DNA from: Sarea resinae
Taxonomy: Eukaryota
Length of the DNA: 64,000 nucleotides
Assembly: GCA_026026165.1 (NCBI GenBank)
Contig: JAPEUD010000033.1
Coordinates: forward strand, 1 to 64,000
Direction of reading: 5' to 3'
The notes below the pieces were generated by a model. The model saw only the letters and a list, made by a program, of their open reading frames with translations. It was not told where the DNA came from and did no database searches. The position numbers were made by a program, and so were the translations under genes. Positions 49,690 through 62,365 of the stretch are shown in pieces (position 1 is the stretch's first letter; the number at the start of each line of letters is the position of its first letter).

Positions 49690-52600
49690 TGCAATATCCT
49701 CTAGTAGTTGTTGCTATACATGTAATAGTGTAGGTGATTGCTTTGCATGTTATATTTATAGAGGTGAGTTTAAAAGTCTAAAGAGTGACTAAGTTATTAG
49801 TTAGGTGACATTAGTGTTAGTATACAGGCAACCTATATGTTTATACTAATGTAGGTAGATAAGGTAGTGATTTCTGTTTCTACACACACATTAATTAATA
49901 TATACCTTTGTGTTAAGCTTATATTAGGATAGGACTTCCTAAGCACAATTATTATGTTGCTCTTACTTAGAAAAAGCACAAACTCTAGCAGACCTATATA
50001 GTACACCTGATTCTATAAGATTAGCACCTTACTAACTAGAGAGACTTAGTAGAGAAAAGCACCTTGTTAGCTAACTGCTAGTAGCCTTTATTATCTACTC
50101 TCTAGTCTCTTAAACTAACTGTCTAGGCGATCTAAACAATTGTCTTATTATTAGCTGTCAGACGCATATTATACTCTTAATCTAACAAATAAAAGCAAGG
50201 CGGCATTGTAACGTTGTATAAAACGCATTGCAAGTTAGTATAAGATATATAACACTGTCTAAGCAAGGGCTAAACAAGTTAATAATTTGATTAGAGATAT
50301 AATCTAGCAGGTAGACTTCCTTTTAGCCCTAGCAGATTACTTTAGACAACAACCTTAAGGATAGGCAGACTGTTAGGAATGCTTATACATTGTTATCTAA
50401 GATTGTTGTAAAAAGGAGTGAGATTAAGAGAAGAGAGAACATAGTCCTCTTATAACAGACAGTGACACAACTAATAATAATAATAGAGAAGGCAAAGATA
50501 ATAGTAGTACACTACTATCTACTAGCGCAGTAGAAATATCAACTTCTAGCATAAAGACTCTAACTAGTAAGTAATATCTAATACCTATTCAATGTCTATA
50601 TCCTTATATACTAGATAGTTAAACGTTATATTATCTAGGATATATACTATAAAGAGAACGCCTTTAAATCCTAGATACACTCTCTTCTATCCTCTTTAAT
50701 AGAATCTATCTAATAAGTCGTTAGACGCTATATACCTAGCTATAAGATAGTTTAGATAGACTTAGATATTAACTACTAGACGTTTTAGATTGAATATAAT
50801 AGTGAGCTAGAGTCTGCCTTTAAACTTTTTCTAGAAGAAACTATGCGTTTAAAAATTGTGAGTGTAGCCTATAACATAACACTATAACTATTTAATAATA
50901 TATGTCTAGATAACTAGACTATCTTTACCTAAGAGATAATTGTCTACTAATTGTTATTGTCTAGTATCTCTAAAGAGATATATGTCTGTATAAAACCTAA
51001 TAAACAAATAGATTGCAGAAATTTACGATTTAGAAGAAGAGCAAGCAGATAGTATATCACTTAATTGTAGGATTAGACCTAAACTAATAATGTAGGACTC
51101 TTATCCTACTAAGTACCTCTTATTACTAGCCCTAAATATGCAAGCAAAAGTAGTCTGCCTTAGAAGAGGCTATTATCTTGCTACCTAAGTAGTAGTAAGT
51201 AGATATACTATACATGTCTATTAGATGTTACTAAGAGATAACTGTTGTTATATATCAGACGAAATTCCTATCTGCCTTGCTAATAAGATTATATACACAG
51301 ATAAATACAGCATACTAGAAGGACTAAAGAGGCGCTCTTATTATCGCGTATTAGATAGTTCGATTAATTATAATAAGCGTGTCTAGCGTGATAATAAAAG
51401 CATCTCTATAACATATAACTATAGCAAGACAGTAGGCGTTTAGCAGAAGCTTTCTCTAGTCCTTAGCAAAGAAACCTAATTATCTACTACACCTTCTTTA
51501 GAGGTAGTTATATAATGTTCTATTGTGTAAACTATATATTAGTGTCTGTTTTAGGTCTATTATATTATCTATATAACAAAAGTCAACTAATAGATAACAC
51601 TATACACTAGTCTAAATATCTAATTAGCTCTGCATAGCAGGTTAGCTACTCTAATTAGCGTTTAAGTGATTTAAAGACCTGCCTTAGCTAAAGACACAGA
51701 TAAATTTAGTGATAAACTAGACTTAATTTGTATGCAAATAAGATAATCTACTAATTGTATTAGTTATTAATCTGCTCCTATATAGTACTACATACTCTAG
51801 TCTATTGTTAAGGACTACTATAGCACGATATTATAGTAAGGTACTCTTAAGTATATTTGTATATCTCTTAGTATACTATTATATAGTAGCTATACAAATC
51901 TAAGTAGACTGCAACTACCTACTACGTTATAGTCTAAGATATACCTAGGTAGGTACTGTATCTACTATAGTACCTTACCTACCTAACTACCTAGTACACT
52001 GCTTGTCTGTTGCATAACATAAGGTAGTGCCTCTAATGTGTGTTGCATGTATATAGCAGCTATTAGCTAAAATGCAGATTTTATATGCAGTGTTACTCTA
52101 CTATTCTTGCTCTACCTCTTTGTTTAATATTAAAATGCTAGATATACTACAGTTAATACTCTATTATAAGACTCTATCTTAATATTACATTAGCAGATAG
52201 TTCACTTAAGTAGTAGACTAACTATTAGACTTTTATCACTAAGTAGATACTATATAAGTAGTGCTGCTATTTATATTGCTTTAACCTTACTCCTACACTA
52301 ATAGCTGTCTAAAACACAAGCAAACTATTATCTATATAATATATTATATATTAGATATAATATTAGTTAGAGGTGCGATGTTACGCACTAGATATACTAA
52401 TAGCATTAAGTGCTAATAGCTAGAAACAGTCGATAATAGCAACGTTTCTTTATCTTCTTTCTCGCGTGTTACAATGTTATTATTCTTTGTTCTGTTTAAT
52501 TAGATCTCTATTTACCTTATATCTCTATTCACTTCTGCTACTCTTATTTGCTGCTGCTACTCTTATTCACCTTACGCTATGCTAACGCGTTATTTATCTA

Positions 52601-53444
52601 ATATCAAAGCTATAAAACCTCTACTACCTAGTCTAGCCTGATTAAGAATTCCTACTAGATATAACCTTACTTTATTACTAATTCAGATAATTGTTCTATT
52701 AAGATATTAACTTTATCTCTAGCCTTATTAGCTCTCTACTTGTGTTCTCTTATGTTATTATCTTTTAGCTTGTTATATCTCTCTTAGTCTAGCAGCCTAA
52801 TCATTCTTATTATACTAAACTTAAGTTTAGTGCTATACTCTTAGCCTTAATTACTTCCTACTTATTCTCTCTGCTAGTTATCTCTCTACCTCTTAACATA
52901 TTATAACAATCTAGCTAAGTAAGCTACTCTCTTATTATACAACAGACGTGACTAATAAGAGATATAATAGGATGCAGTTTGTCGACTAGAATAAGAGACA
53001 GTTATAAGACCTAATCCTTAAGTATAAGAACTTATAAAAGAGAGGCTATTAGAAGCGTACCTAAATCTAGGTGTTATGTTAAACAAAGCTAAGACTAGAT
53101 TACAAGGGGCTATCTAGCAAGTATTGTCTGACTACAACTGCACTAACCTTTAAGCAGCAGGAAATCATACAGTTAACACTATAATAGAGGACGTAATACA
53201 GTCTGCTAACTTTCTAATGCTATCTGCAGACTGAATTAGAAGATAAGCTGCTAGATAGAGCTATAATTAGGAACACCTATTTATTATTATGCAAGATGTT
53301 TGTAAGAAGCTACAAGATAATGTAAAGAAAGAACTACAATCTAAAAGTAGAACTCTGCTATTACCTCTATCTAATACCTCTAGTACTTTAGCTACCCCTT
53401 ACTAGCTAGCTCTCTCTTAGCAGAAAGCCACTAAACAGACATTG

Positions 53445-53915
53445 TAGCAGCTTATAAAGACATCTATAAGTAAGAGACATATAATTATATTGATTAAATA
53501 GCACTTGCTAACAGCTAACAGACATTTAATATAACTCTAATACCCTTCTACTTAGTAGTCCTCTAGCAGGTACTATCTGTACACTAGCTTCTTCTTAGTA
53601 TAAAGCTACTAACTAGACTGTTTAGCAGCTTGTAAAGACACTTACAAGTAGGAGACATCTAATTATATCGATTAAATAGCACTTGCTAACAGCTAATAGA
53701 CAATTAATCTGACTCTAATACCCTTCTACCTAGTAGTCCTCTAGCAAGTACTATCTGTACGCTAGCTTCTTCTTAGTATAAAGCTACTAACTAGACTGTT
53801 TAGCAGCTTATAAGGACACCTACAAGTAAGAGACATCTAATTATATCAATTAAATAGCACTTGCTAACAGCTAATAGACAATTAATCTAACTCTAATACC
53901 CTTCTACCTAGTAGC
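53445..53915 (+). repeat. 178-bp tandem repeat, about 2.7 copies, each with a 52-nt intron-like segment
   Basis: Units start at 53445, 53623 and 53801; each contains GTA(A/G)G...GCTAAC...YAG. Confidence 0.85.
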
Positions 53916-54670
53916 CTTACCACCTCTTATATACTAATACCTTCTTATCTACTAACTATCTACATAGCACCTCCTCCTATAGGACTACTAATAGGTAAGA
54001 GGCATATACATTTATCTATTGACTAATATTTGCTAATAGTTAATAGACAACTAACTAGCTAAATAGTACATAACAATAGACAATAAGACAAGCACCTAAC
54101 TTTTCCTACTGTTATCTCTAACTATAGATAGTATCTGTAATATTATTGCTAGGTTTATCCTATAAGCAGCGATTATTAATAAGATTAAGACAGATATAGA
54201 GAGAGAGAGGATTAGATTAGAATACAATAAAGAGGTTGTACTAGTACTTAAGTTAGGCCTACAACTAATTGTATTCTATATTATAAGTGTCTCCTTATAA
54301 AAGTACATTGATTTCTAGTTGTTAACCTTATATAGGATGTAAAACGCAGAAACCTTAAGCAGGCTAGTAACAACTTAGTTTCTATACAGATAAGACCTAG
54401 ACTAGGTATATGCACTGTCTGCTATAAGGTATTATGTCTAGTCCTAATACAGTTGTTAACTGTCTAGTGCAACAGACTGTTTAATTGTCTAACTAGAGAC
54501 ACATTATACAAACCTAAATGCAATAACACTAAATACTACCTTACTCTCTACTACTAAGACTAGCTAACGCCTACTAAAGAGTTAGTTGTTAGGCCTTGCA
54601 GTAAGTGTTAGCTAGTCTAGTAGCACACCTAAGTTGTTATTGCCTCTGCTACAGAAAACTTAACGACTAT

Positions 54671-54790
54671 CTAAGAGTTAGTTGCTAGGCTTGTCTAAGA
54701 GTTAGTTGCTAGGCTTATCTAATAGTTAGTTGCTAAGCTTATCTAATAGTTAGTTGCTAGGCTTGTCTAAGAGTTAGTTGCTAGGCTTAT
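54671..54790. repeat. 24-bp tandem repeat x5 (CTAAGAGTTAGTTGCTAGGCTTGT), flanked by a ~115-bp direct duplication (~54522-54638 and ~54838-54952)
   Basis: Read directly from the sequence. Confidence 0.85.
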
Positions 54791-55099
54791 CTATAAATAA
54801 ATTGCTAGTCATAGATCTAAGACAAGGCTATTTGCTAATAACACTAAATACAACCTTACTCTCTACTACTAAGACTAGCTAACACCTACTAAAGAGTTAG
54901 TTGCTAGGCCTTGCAGCAGGCGTTAGTTAGTCTAGTAGCACACCTAAGTTATCACTATATTAGCTAAAGGAAACGCAACGTCTGTCACTAGTTCCTAAGC
55001 TAGGTCGCTATAACGTTAAGCGTAAGCTGCTAGACTTAAACGCAGTACTATTCCTTGTTACTATAGAGCTAACTCCTTATAGACCTATCACTGCAAATT

Positions 55100-57830
55100 A
55101 AAGATAACATTTCTAATAAGCTTATATATAACCTAATAAGAGATAAGGCTAATAAAGAAGACGTTAATAGCAAGGATACTAATAAAGAGGATGTTAAGGA
55201 TAAAGATAACAACAAAGATAATGTTAATAACAATAATAGCAACAAAGATAACGTTAATAACAAGGATTATCTACCTGTTAAAAACAATAATCTACTGCCT
55301 AATAATCCTCTAAATAACAATCCGCTACCTAATAATCCTCTAAATAACAATCTGCTACCTAATAATACTCTATATAATAATCTACCACCTAATAATACTC
55401 TATATAATGATCTGCTACCTGATAATTATCTATATAGCACAGAACATTATCTGCCTAGTAAGTACTAGGATAATAGGTGACAACCTCTACTGACTTTTAT
55501 CCTTACTTTATAGGCCTCTAAGACCTTAGTGCTTTTGCTAGCAGATAGTATAACGAATTAGAGAGAGTAGATAACCTAATTAAGAGAATAAACCTAGTGA
55601 TAGCGAAACGCTAAACAGTTATTCAAAATAGTCTAGCAATTTAACACAATACACTCTAAATGTAGAAGGATATAGCAGCTATATTCCTTATTCCTAAACA
55701 CACTGCATTAACAACCTAAATACCTATAAAGCTACTGTTCTTTTAAGCACCTATTCAACTACTACTGCATTAAGCTACAGCTATTATGTTTATGTTACGC
55801 AACAAAAGCAACAGAATTAAGAGAGGGTTTTTAGCAGATAGGATAGGGTTTAGAAAGGTGTGTGTCTGCTATAGTGTCTCTTTAATATGTACTTAAATTA
55901 ATAGCTAACGCTTAATCTACTAGCAGACACTAATAACGTTAGCTCTTATTGCTACTTTATAGACCTTATACTATAATCACTTAGATATAATAAAGAGTTA
56001 GCAAATCTATAACAGAAGATATCTAAGGGCTAGTAGTAGGCATTATCTGTATAAGACTTTAAATATTATATAACATTTTACTTACACTTATGTTTGTTAG
56101 ACAATATAGATAACAATACTAAATGCAGCGTTAAGTGTCCTAGTGACAACCCTTACAAGATACAATGCCTATATTAACTAGAATCTATAACCTTCTAAAT
56201 CACTATAGATAGAGAAGCGAATATAGTTATATGCCTAGTATATCTTACCTGTATATAGGTGATAGAATACTGAAAGTCATTCATTATATAATAGATCGCT
56301 AAGAACCTAATAGTTCTTAAGCACAACTAATAGGAATATAAGTTTGCAGACTTAATAGAAACAGACTCTAGTAGCAAATACATAAGATCGAATATTATCC
56401 TAGTAACATTGTTTAAGTGTTTGCGACTTTGCTGCAATTTGTAGGTAGAAACTTAATTTCAGCAGATAGTAGTAGATAAGGCGCACATTATTAAATCAAA
56501 GAACACTAACCTAATCTAAGACCTAACTACCTTAAGACAAAGCTATAAGAAACACTAGCCTATAATGTAGTTCCTCTCTAGCACTCTGTTTGTTATGCCT
56601 AGAGACTTAAGAGAGAAGGTAAACATTCTTATATATACCTAATAGATAACTAATCTCTCTTATATTAGATAAAAATGCTTGCCTAAAAAGTTAGACTTTA
56701 TTAAAAGTCAGTACAAAAATCTATTTAATTGCATAGCAAAACCTAACAGACTGCGACTGCCTCCTACTAATAAAGACTTTAATTAATATGCCTAGAATTT
56801 TATTAGCTTCCTTAGCGTGCTAATAATCTAACAAGATAAAAATGCAGTCGACCTAGATAGCTACCTGCTAATTAACCTCTTGCTATTCTACAGATATAAA
56901 TTGTTAGTCTAGTTTAGCAATAACTGCTAGAAGACAGCATATAAATAACAGCAAGCTATTATAGTAGCAAGAACAAACTAAATTCTAGAGTTAAACAAAG
57001 GATAACGCATTACTTTAATAATATATTTCTAATATATATAGCGACTATAAATTATCTCTTTATTCCTAGGCCTTGCCTACTCTAATCTAGCTAGGTTAGA
57101 CTAGAGCTTATTAAGTGTTAGGTCTATAGCCACTAAGGATTAGGAATTATATCTGTTGTATAACAATCTAGAAATACTTAGCTAGTTATCCTCTAAATTA
57201 AAAGTACTAGATAATCTTATTAATAATATAGGAGTGAATTTAAGGATAGAGAGTGAAAAGATAGTTATCTTTACTATATTCCTAATCACAGCCTTTATTA
57301 TTGCAATAGTAAGTGGTATTTATCTACTAGATAACACACTTAGGCTAACAGCAGATATACAATAGATAAAATATGTTAGATACAAGCTAGTTGCTCTATT
57401 CTATAGCAGAATCTCTATAGCAAAGCGCTTAAGGTTAGTAGAACGATTCTAAGGCATTATAGATATGTTCTCTAGCTTAGAACCTTTTTACTTAGTTAGG
57501 ATAATAGGTATAATGTTACTAGGCTTAACCTTAATTCGCGCGAATCTAGCAGTTGTCTTTAAACCTAATTATATAGACACCTCTAAGTAATAAGCACTTA
57601 ATAGAGTTCACTGTATTAGCTAGCGCAGCAAGGTAAGTTTGTATCAATTTATTAACACTAAGTCTGCAATTAAGAATACACTTATAGCTACCTAGAGGTT
57701 AAGAGGTATCCTAAATAACGCAGCCCTAAAGAAGAACAATCTGCTAGTTCTACTATAAGTTAAAGTTAAGATTAGTAGTAAAGATAATATAGATACTAAA
57801 GATAACAACCCCTACTATTAACCCTATAAT
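55100..57830 (+). pseudogene. SNF2-family helicase/ATPase, RIP-inactivated transposon cargo (boundaries approximate)
   Basis: RGFLADRIGFRK (motif I, de-RIP GGFLADGMGFGK, ~55820), IVVDKAHIIK (DEAH, ~56465), SSKLKVL, KIVIF, GLTLIRAN..VFKP...ALNRVHCIS (de-RIP RVHRIGQ, ~57520-57620); acidic 30-bp repeats upstream. Confidence 0.75.
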
Positions 57831-60800
57831 ATACAAAGGAGATAAAGACAAATAGGACGTGTAACAAACACAGCTAATATAAGTTTTTATTCGATTATAG
57901 GCGACTTTATAATACTAAGAGCAGCAGATATATATGTCTGCTGCTCTTAGGACTATTATCGCCTACTCTTCTACTATACTCTGTTCTAGCAGCCTAGCAA
58001 GGATTGCAGCGATAGTTAGTTCTAAACTATAAGTGTCTTCTAAATAACTTTAACAAGGTATAGAAGCTAACATCTGCTAATCTACTTTAAGTTAGTCTCT
58101 TTCGTTCTGTTTAGTGTTGTTTTAATTAGTCTAAGTATATATAAATCTAAATTAATCACATAAGTTGTCCTAATAGTGACACAATTATCTGTTAATTTGC
58201 AAAGATATAATTTAAGTGATAATGCTTATCTCTACTTAGACTAACAATTCTCTCTCTCTTTAAATTCTTATTTAACGCTAATGTCTTCTACACACTAAAC
58301 TCCTAGCTATCTAAATCTACTCTATATAGAGAAGCTAGTAACTTTTACAATGCCTTCTAAACAACTCTAGACTTATTCCTAGCAAGATGTTTAGTCTGCT
58401 AAGGAATAAAAACTTAACTACTTTACTAATAGTAACGCTTGTTTCTATCTCTACTTATCTAATCTATACTAAACAAAGCAGTTGCCTTCTGCAATACTTG
58501 CACTTAATAAAAGACTACTACTAAAGGACTAAACATAGTTTAGATCTAGTGATTGCTACTACTACTCCTCTAGTCTAAGAGCAACTATAGCTAATGTTAT
58601 TAGACAGCGATAAAGAGAATTATAAGCGAGCTATAATATCTCTAATACAAAGCCTACCTAGTTAGTTATCTAACGTTAGCGCTGTATCTGCTGCTAAAAA
58701 CGCAGAAGATAGTGATAATTCACTTAATCTAATAATATAGAATACACCTACTTAGAGAAGAGGATATTAGTTAGATAGCACTAAGGGTCTAGAAAGTCAA
58801 CTTATACTAGCGACTCCTAATAGCTAGATAAGTACACTAATAGATAAAGAAGTATCTAGGTGCAATTATCTGCCTAGAAAGAATCTAAATAAATAAGAGT
58901 GTCTTTATACAATAAGAAGACAAATAATAAGCCTTAGGCTAAATCACATTAAAGTGAACTTAGTTAATTGCAGAGAGAGTATACTAACAGGCAGACAATA
59001 TATATCTAATAACACCTAGGCTACTTTATACTTAATAGAACAGCGATAAATAAGCAGTAAGGCAAATTAAACTGTAAGAGAATTACCTATAAGATTCTAA
59101 GATCTTCTAACAGATAGACGTCCTATATATAGGTCTACTACTAGTTAGAAGGCAGCAAAACAAACTAACTAAGGAGATATCCTTTAGAAGCCTAACCTTT
59201 TTAACAGACAACTACTAGGAGAGCTTTACATATAGAATCTATTAACAAACACCTTCTAGAACAAATTGTTAATACTACCTCTACTATTATTAGCAAGTCT
59301 TACCCTTAGAGTACTTGTTTTTGATTTTGCTTATAGATAATAGGTTCTAGGCAATAACAAAGGACTCTTATCCTCTAGTCCTTATTCTAGAGCAGTTAGT
59401 ATTAACTTAGACTCTACCTTTACACATGTTTTTAATAAGATAGACGCACTAAGAACGCTACACTAATTGTCTAGCACTCTATAGACATTTACAAATAATT
59501 AGAGTGCAGGTTTAAGTTAGCTTCCTACACTAGATATAAGAGCATATATAAAGGTTTAAGTGTATTTAAAAGAGTGCTATCTACACTATAGGTATTAGGA
59601 TATTTATCTAATAGCTAAGGCAATAATAAAAATATATGTTATCACTTAAGACTCTTTCTTAAAAAGCGATAGTATAGCTACTATCTATGCTAACATATAG
59701 GACTAGGCTTATATAAAGGCAAAGGCAATTAAGATAGAGCATTAATTTCCTTATCCTATTAAGGACTCTAGACAATATAAAATAAAGCTGCCTGCATATA
59801 TTAAACCTATAGTAAGTGAGACTATTAGGTAACATTTCTACTATCTACCTACTAACTCTAAATAATTAAATCTTATTAGCTATTAATTAGAATAAGCTAG
59901 TAATAAGGATATATTATATTACAGTGTTATTAACTAGTAGTAGACCTATATAATCTGCCTCTTACTAAACTAGAACGACTTAAGAGGAAAGTGAGTTAAC
60001 TACTAGATTAAGATAGTTTTAACTATTAGGACATATCTATTTATATATAAATCTCTCTACTTGTTTTAGTTATCTAATAGTTTTTAGAGAAAGAAAGAGA
60101 GATTATTCTACCTAGTAATTGCATATATTATACTTAAAGAGTTCTTTAACAAGGTCTAGAAACTAGCGAATGTTAGTTATATATTAGATGCTTTTAAACA
60201 GATCACCTATTAGCTAATATATATTGTGTCTACTACACTCTATTACACTCTCTCTAAATAGAAAGAAAAGAGCTTTACTTCTTAAGATTTTACTAGAGAC
60301 AGTGTAAGTAGTAAGTAACTAGCTAGATATAACAGCTAACAGATAATATAACAGCTAACAAACACCTAGAGGTCTACTAGCGCTAGGTAGCTACATAGAA
60401 TTTTCTAAGCAGTTAGTAGTAAGAGGCTATCCTTCTACTAATAAAGAAAGCTATTAATAATAGTAATACTTTAACTCTTAGAAAAGTCTACATTCTAACA
60501 AAAGAGTTCTATAATAATAGAGAAGAGGATCTAGAGGATCTAGGCCTATTACCTAAAGAACAAGTCAAATTATAAACCTAATTAGCTAGAGCAGATACTA
60601 GGTAGTATATTAATAGTTTACATTATTGTTAACTAACTAACCTATTCTCTTAGTTAGTAGATTCGCTGTATAATTAACACTATTTTTCGCACTATATAGA
60701 CTCTATATAATAAGTTATCTGTGCTATATAGTAGCTACTAAAATACACGTGTATTCTGTATTTATTAGTAATACAGTAGGTGTCTACATGTATTTTATCT

Positions 60801-61339
60801 AATCTCTAGAGATTAGTAAGTATAACTACTAGAATCTACTATAGTCTACTAGTAGGTAAAAGAATAGTTATATAGTTAACACTAATATATTATGTAGAAG
60901 ATATACAAAGTCAGTGTATTCTATGTAGTACTATAGTAGCTGCTACCTAAACTACTGTACATGTAGCGCTACAGCGTTAACTGTTTGTAACATAGGTAAT
61001 GTAGGTTACACAGCGCACCTGTAGTCACCTGTAGCACACCTCTCTTTTTGCTAATATAACTAGGCTATCTGACTTGTTAGAAATCTAGCCCTATAGTGCT
61101 ATATAGCCTACTAAAACCATAATATTATTTTGATATAGAGATTTTCAGATTTTAGATCACCTAAATTCACTGAGACATTCCTCTACTAGACTACCTACTA
61201 GCAATAGAATTATATTTATTTTCACTATATCAGAATTTTATAGCAAAATTTCTAGACTACAGACTGTTACAAACCTATAGGTGCAACTAATTAGGTTGCG
61301 ACACCTTCTATAGTCATAGGATATCTGAACTATATATAG

Positions 61340-61798
61340 TGTTAGAAGGTAGCAGAAAGATATAAGTAGAGGAAGGTGCTAAAGAAGTATAGTATAGAAT
61401 GATTGTGTATTTTAAACTTAGAGATTCTAGCTATAGAGGTGTAAGGCAGTCAATATATAGACTTAACTAACTTACTAGAAACTTCTAGTGATGACTGATT
61501 ACATGAGTGATTTGTAAGCAATAGGCTGACAATGACATAGGCTTTGTAAGAAAGTTAGGAGATAGTTGTGTAACCCTTATGTTATAGAGTTCTATAGATA
61601 TCTAAGAGATTCTATAGACTTCTAGATAGTTCTAGAACATTCTAGAGGGTTCTAGAAGGTTCTAGATGCTTAGTCAGCATATAGAACCTTCTAGATCCTT
61701 CTAGAATGTTCTATAAGGTTCTATAGAGTTCTATTAGCTTCTATAGGTCTGTAGAAGCTTCTAGATGTATCTATACTGTCATGTGACATTCTGTAACA
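61340..61798 (-). mobile_element. Full-length solo Copia LTR, 459 bp
   Basis: TGTTA...TAACA termini; same family as the copies at 42950-43213 and 45557; no clean TSD seen. Confidence 0.8.
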
Positions 61799-62132
61799 GT
61801 CTAGATACTTAAGAGTGACTAGAATTAAGGTTATAATTCTAACATATAGATGCATTATATATATAAACCTAAATAAAGCATAACACACTATCTAGTTGCA
61901 GAGTATCTGAATCACATACTGTTACATACCTATAGGTGTATAAAAGTAGGTTGCAACACCCTATATTGGTTCAGATTACTAGTAGGTTGCAAAAAATCAG
62001 CAGGTTTCAAAAATTAAAAAGGTTTAGTAGTATTAAGAGGTTTTAAACACCTATAGAAGGTTTTAAACACACTGTTACAGTGTTGAGACTGTCTTACAAC
62101 CGTGTTAGAAATATGCCTAGGGGCACTTAAGT

Positions 62133-62365
62133 AACTATCCCTTGACTTTCTTATAAAGCATATGTTATTGTTAGTTTATTGCTTACAGATCACTTATATA
62201 ATTACCTTAGTTATCACTAGAAGTTTCTAGTAAGTTAGTTAAGTCTATATATTAACTGCCTTACACCTCTATAGCTAGAATCTCTAAGTTTATAATATAT
62301 AGTCATTCTATACTATACTTTTTTAGCACCTTTCTCTACTTATATTTTTATACTACCTTCTAACA
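62133..62365 (+). mobile_element. Partial Copia LTR copy
   Basis: Colinear with ~42990-43213, ending TACCTTCTAACA. Confidence 0.75.

Larger units (their letters stand above)
46299..61056. mobile_element. Giant (14,758 bp) RIP-mutated TIR DNA transposon, Plavaka/CMC-like, with cargo genes
   Basis: Left TA|CATCAGCAAAAAG; right CTTTTTGCTAATA|TA (RIP of CTTTTTGCTGATG); TGTAG/CTACA-rich subterminal regions; joined flanks match an uninterrupted repeat at ~63250-63430. Confidence 0.8.

Noticed and set aside
46299..61056. Starship element
   Set aside because: No tyrosine-recombinase captain recognised; the element has TIRs, a TA duplication and a Plavaka-type transposase.
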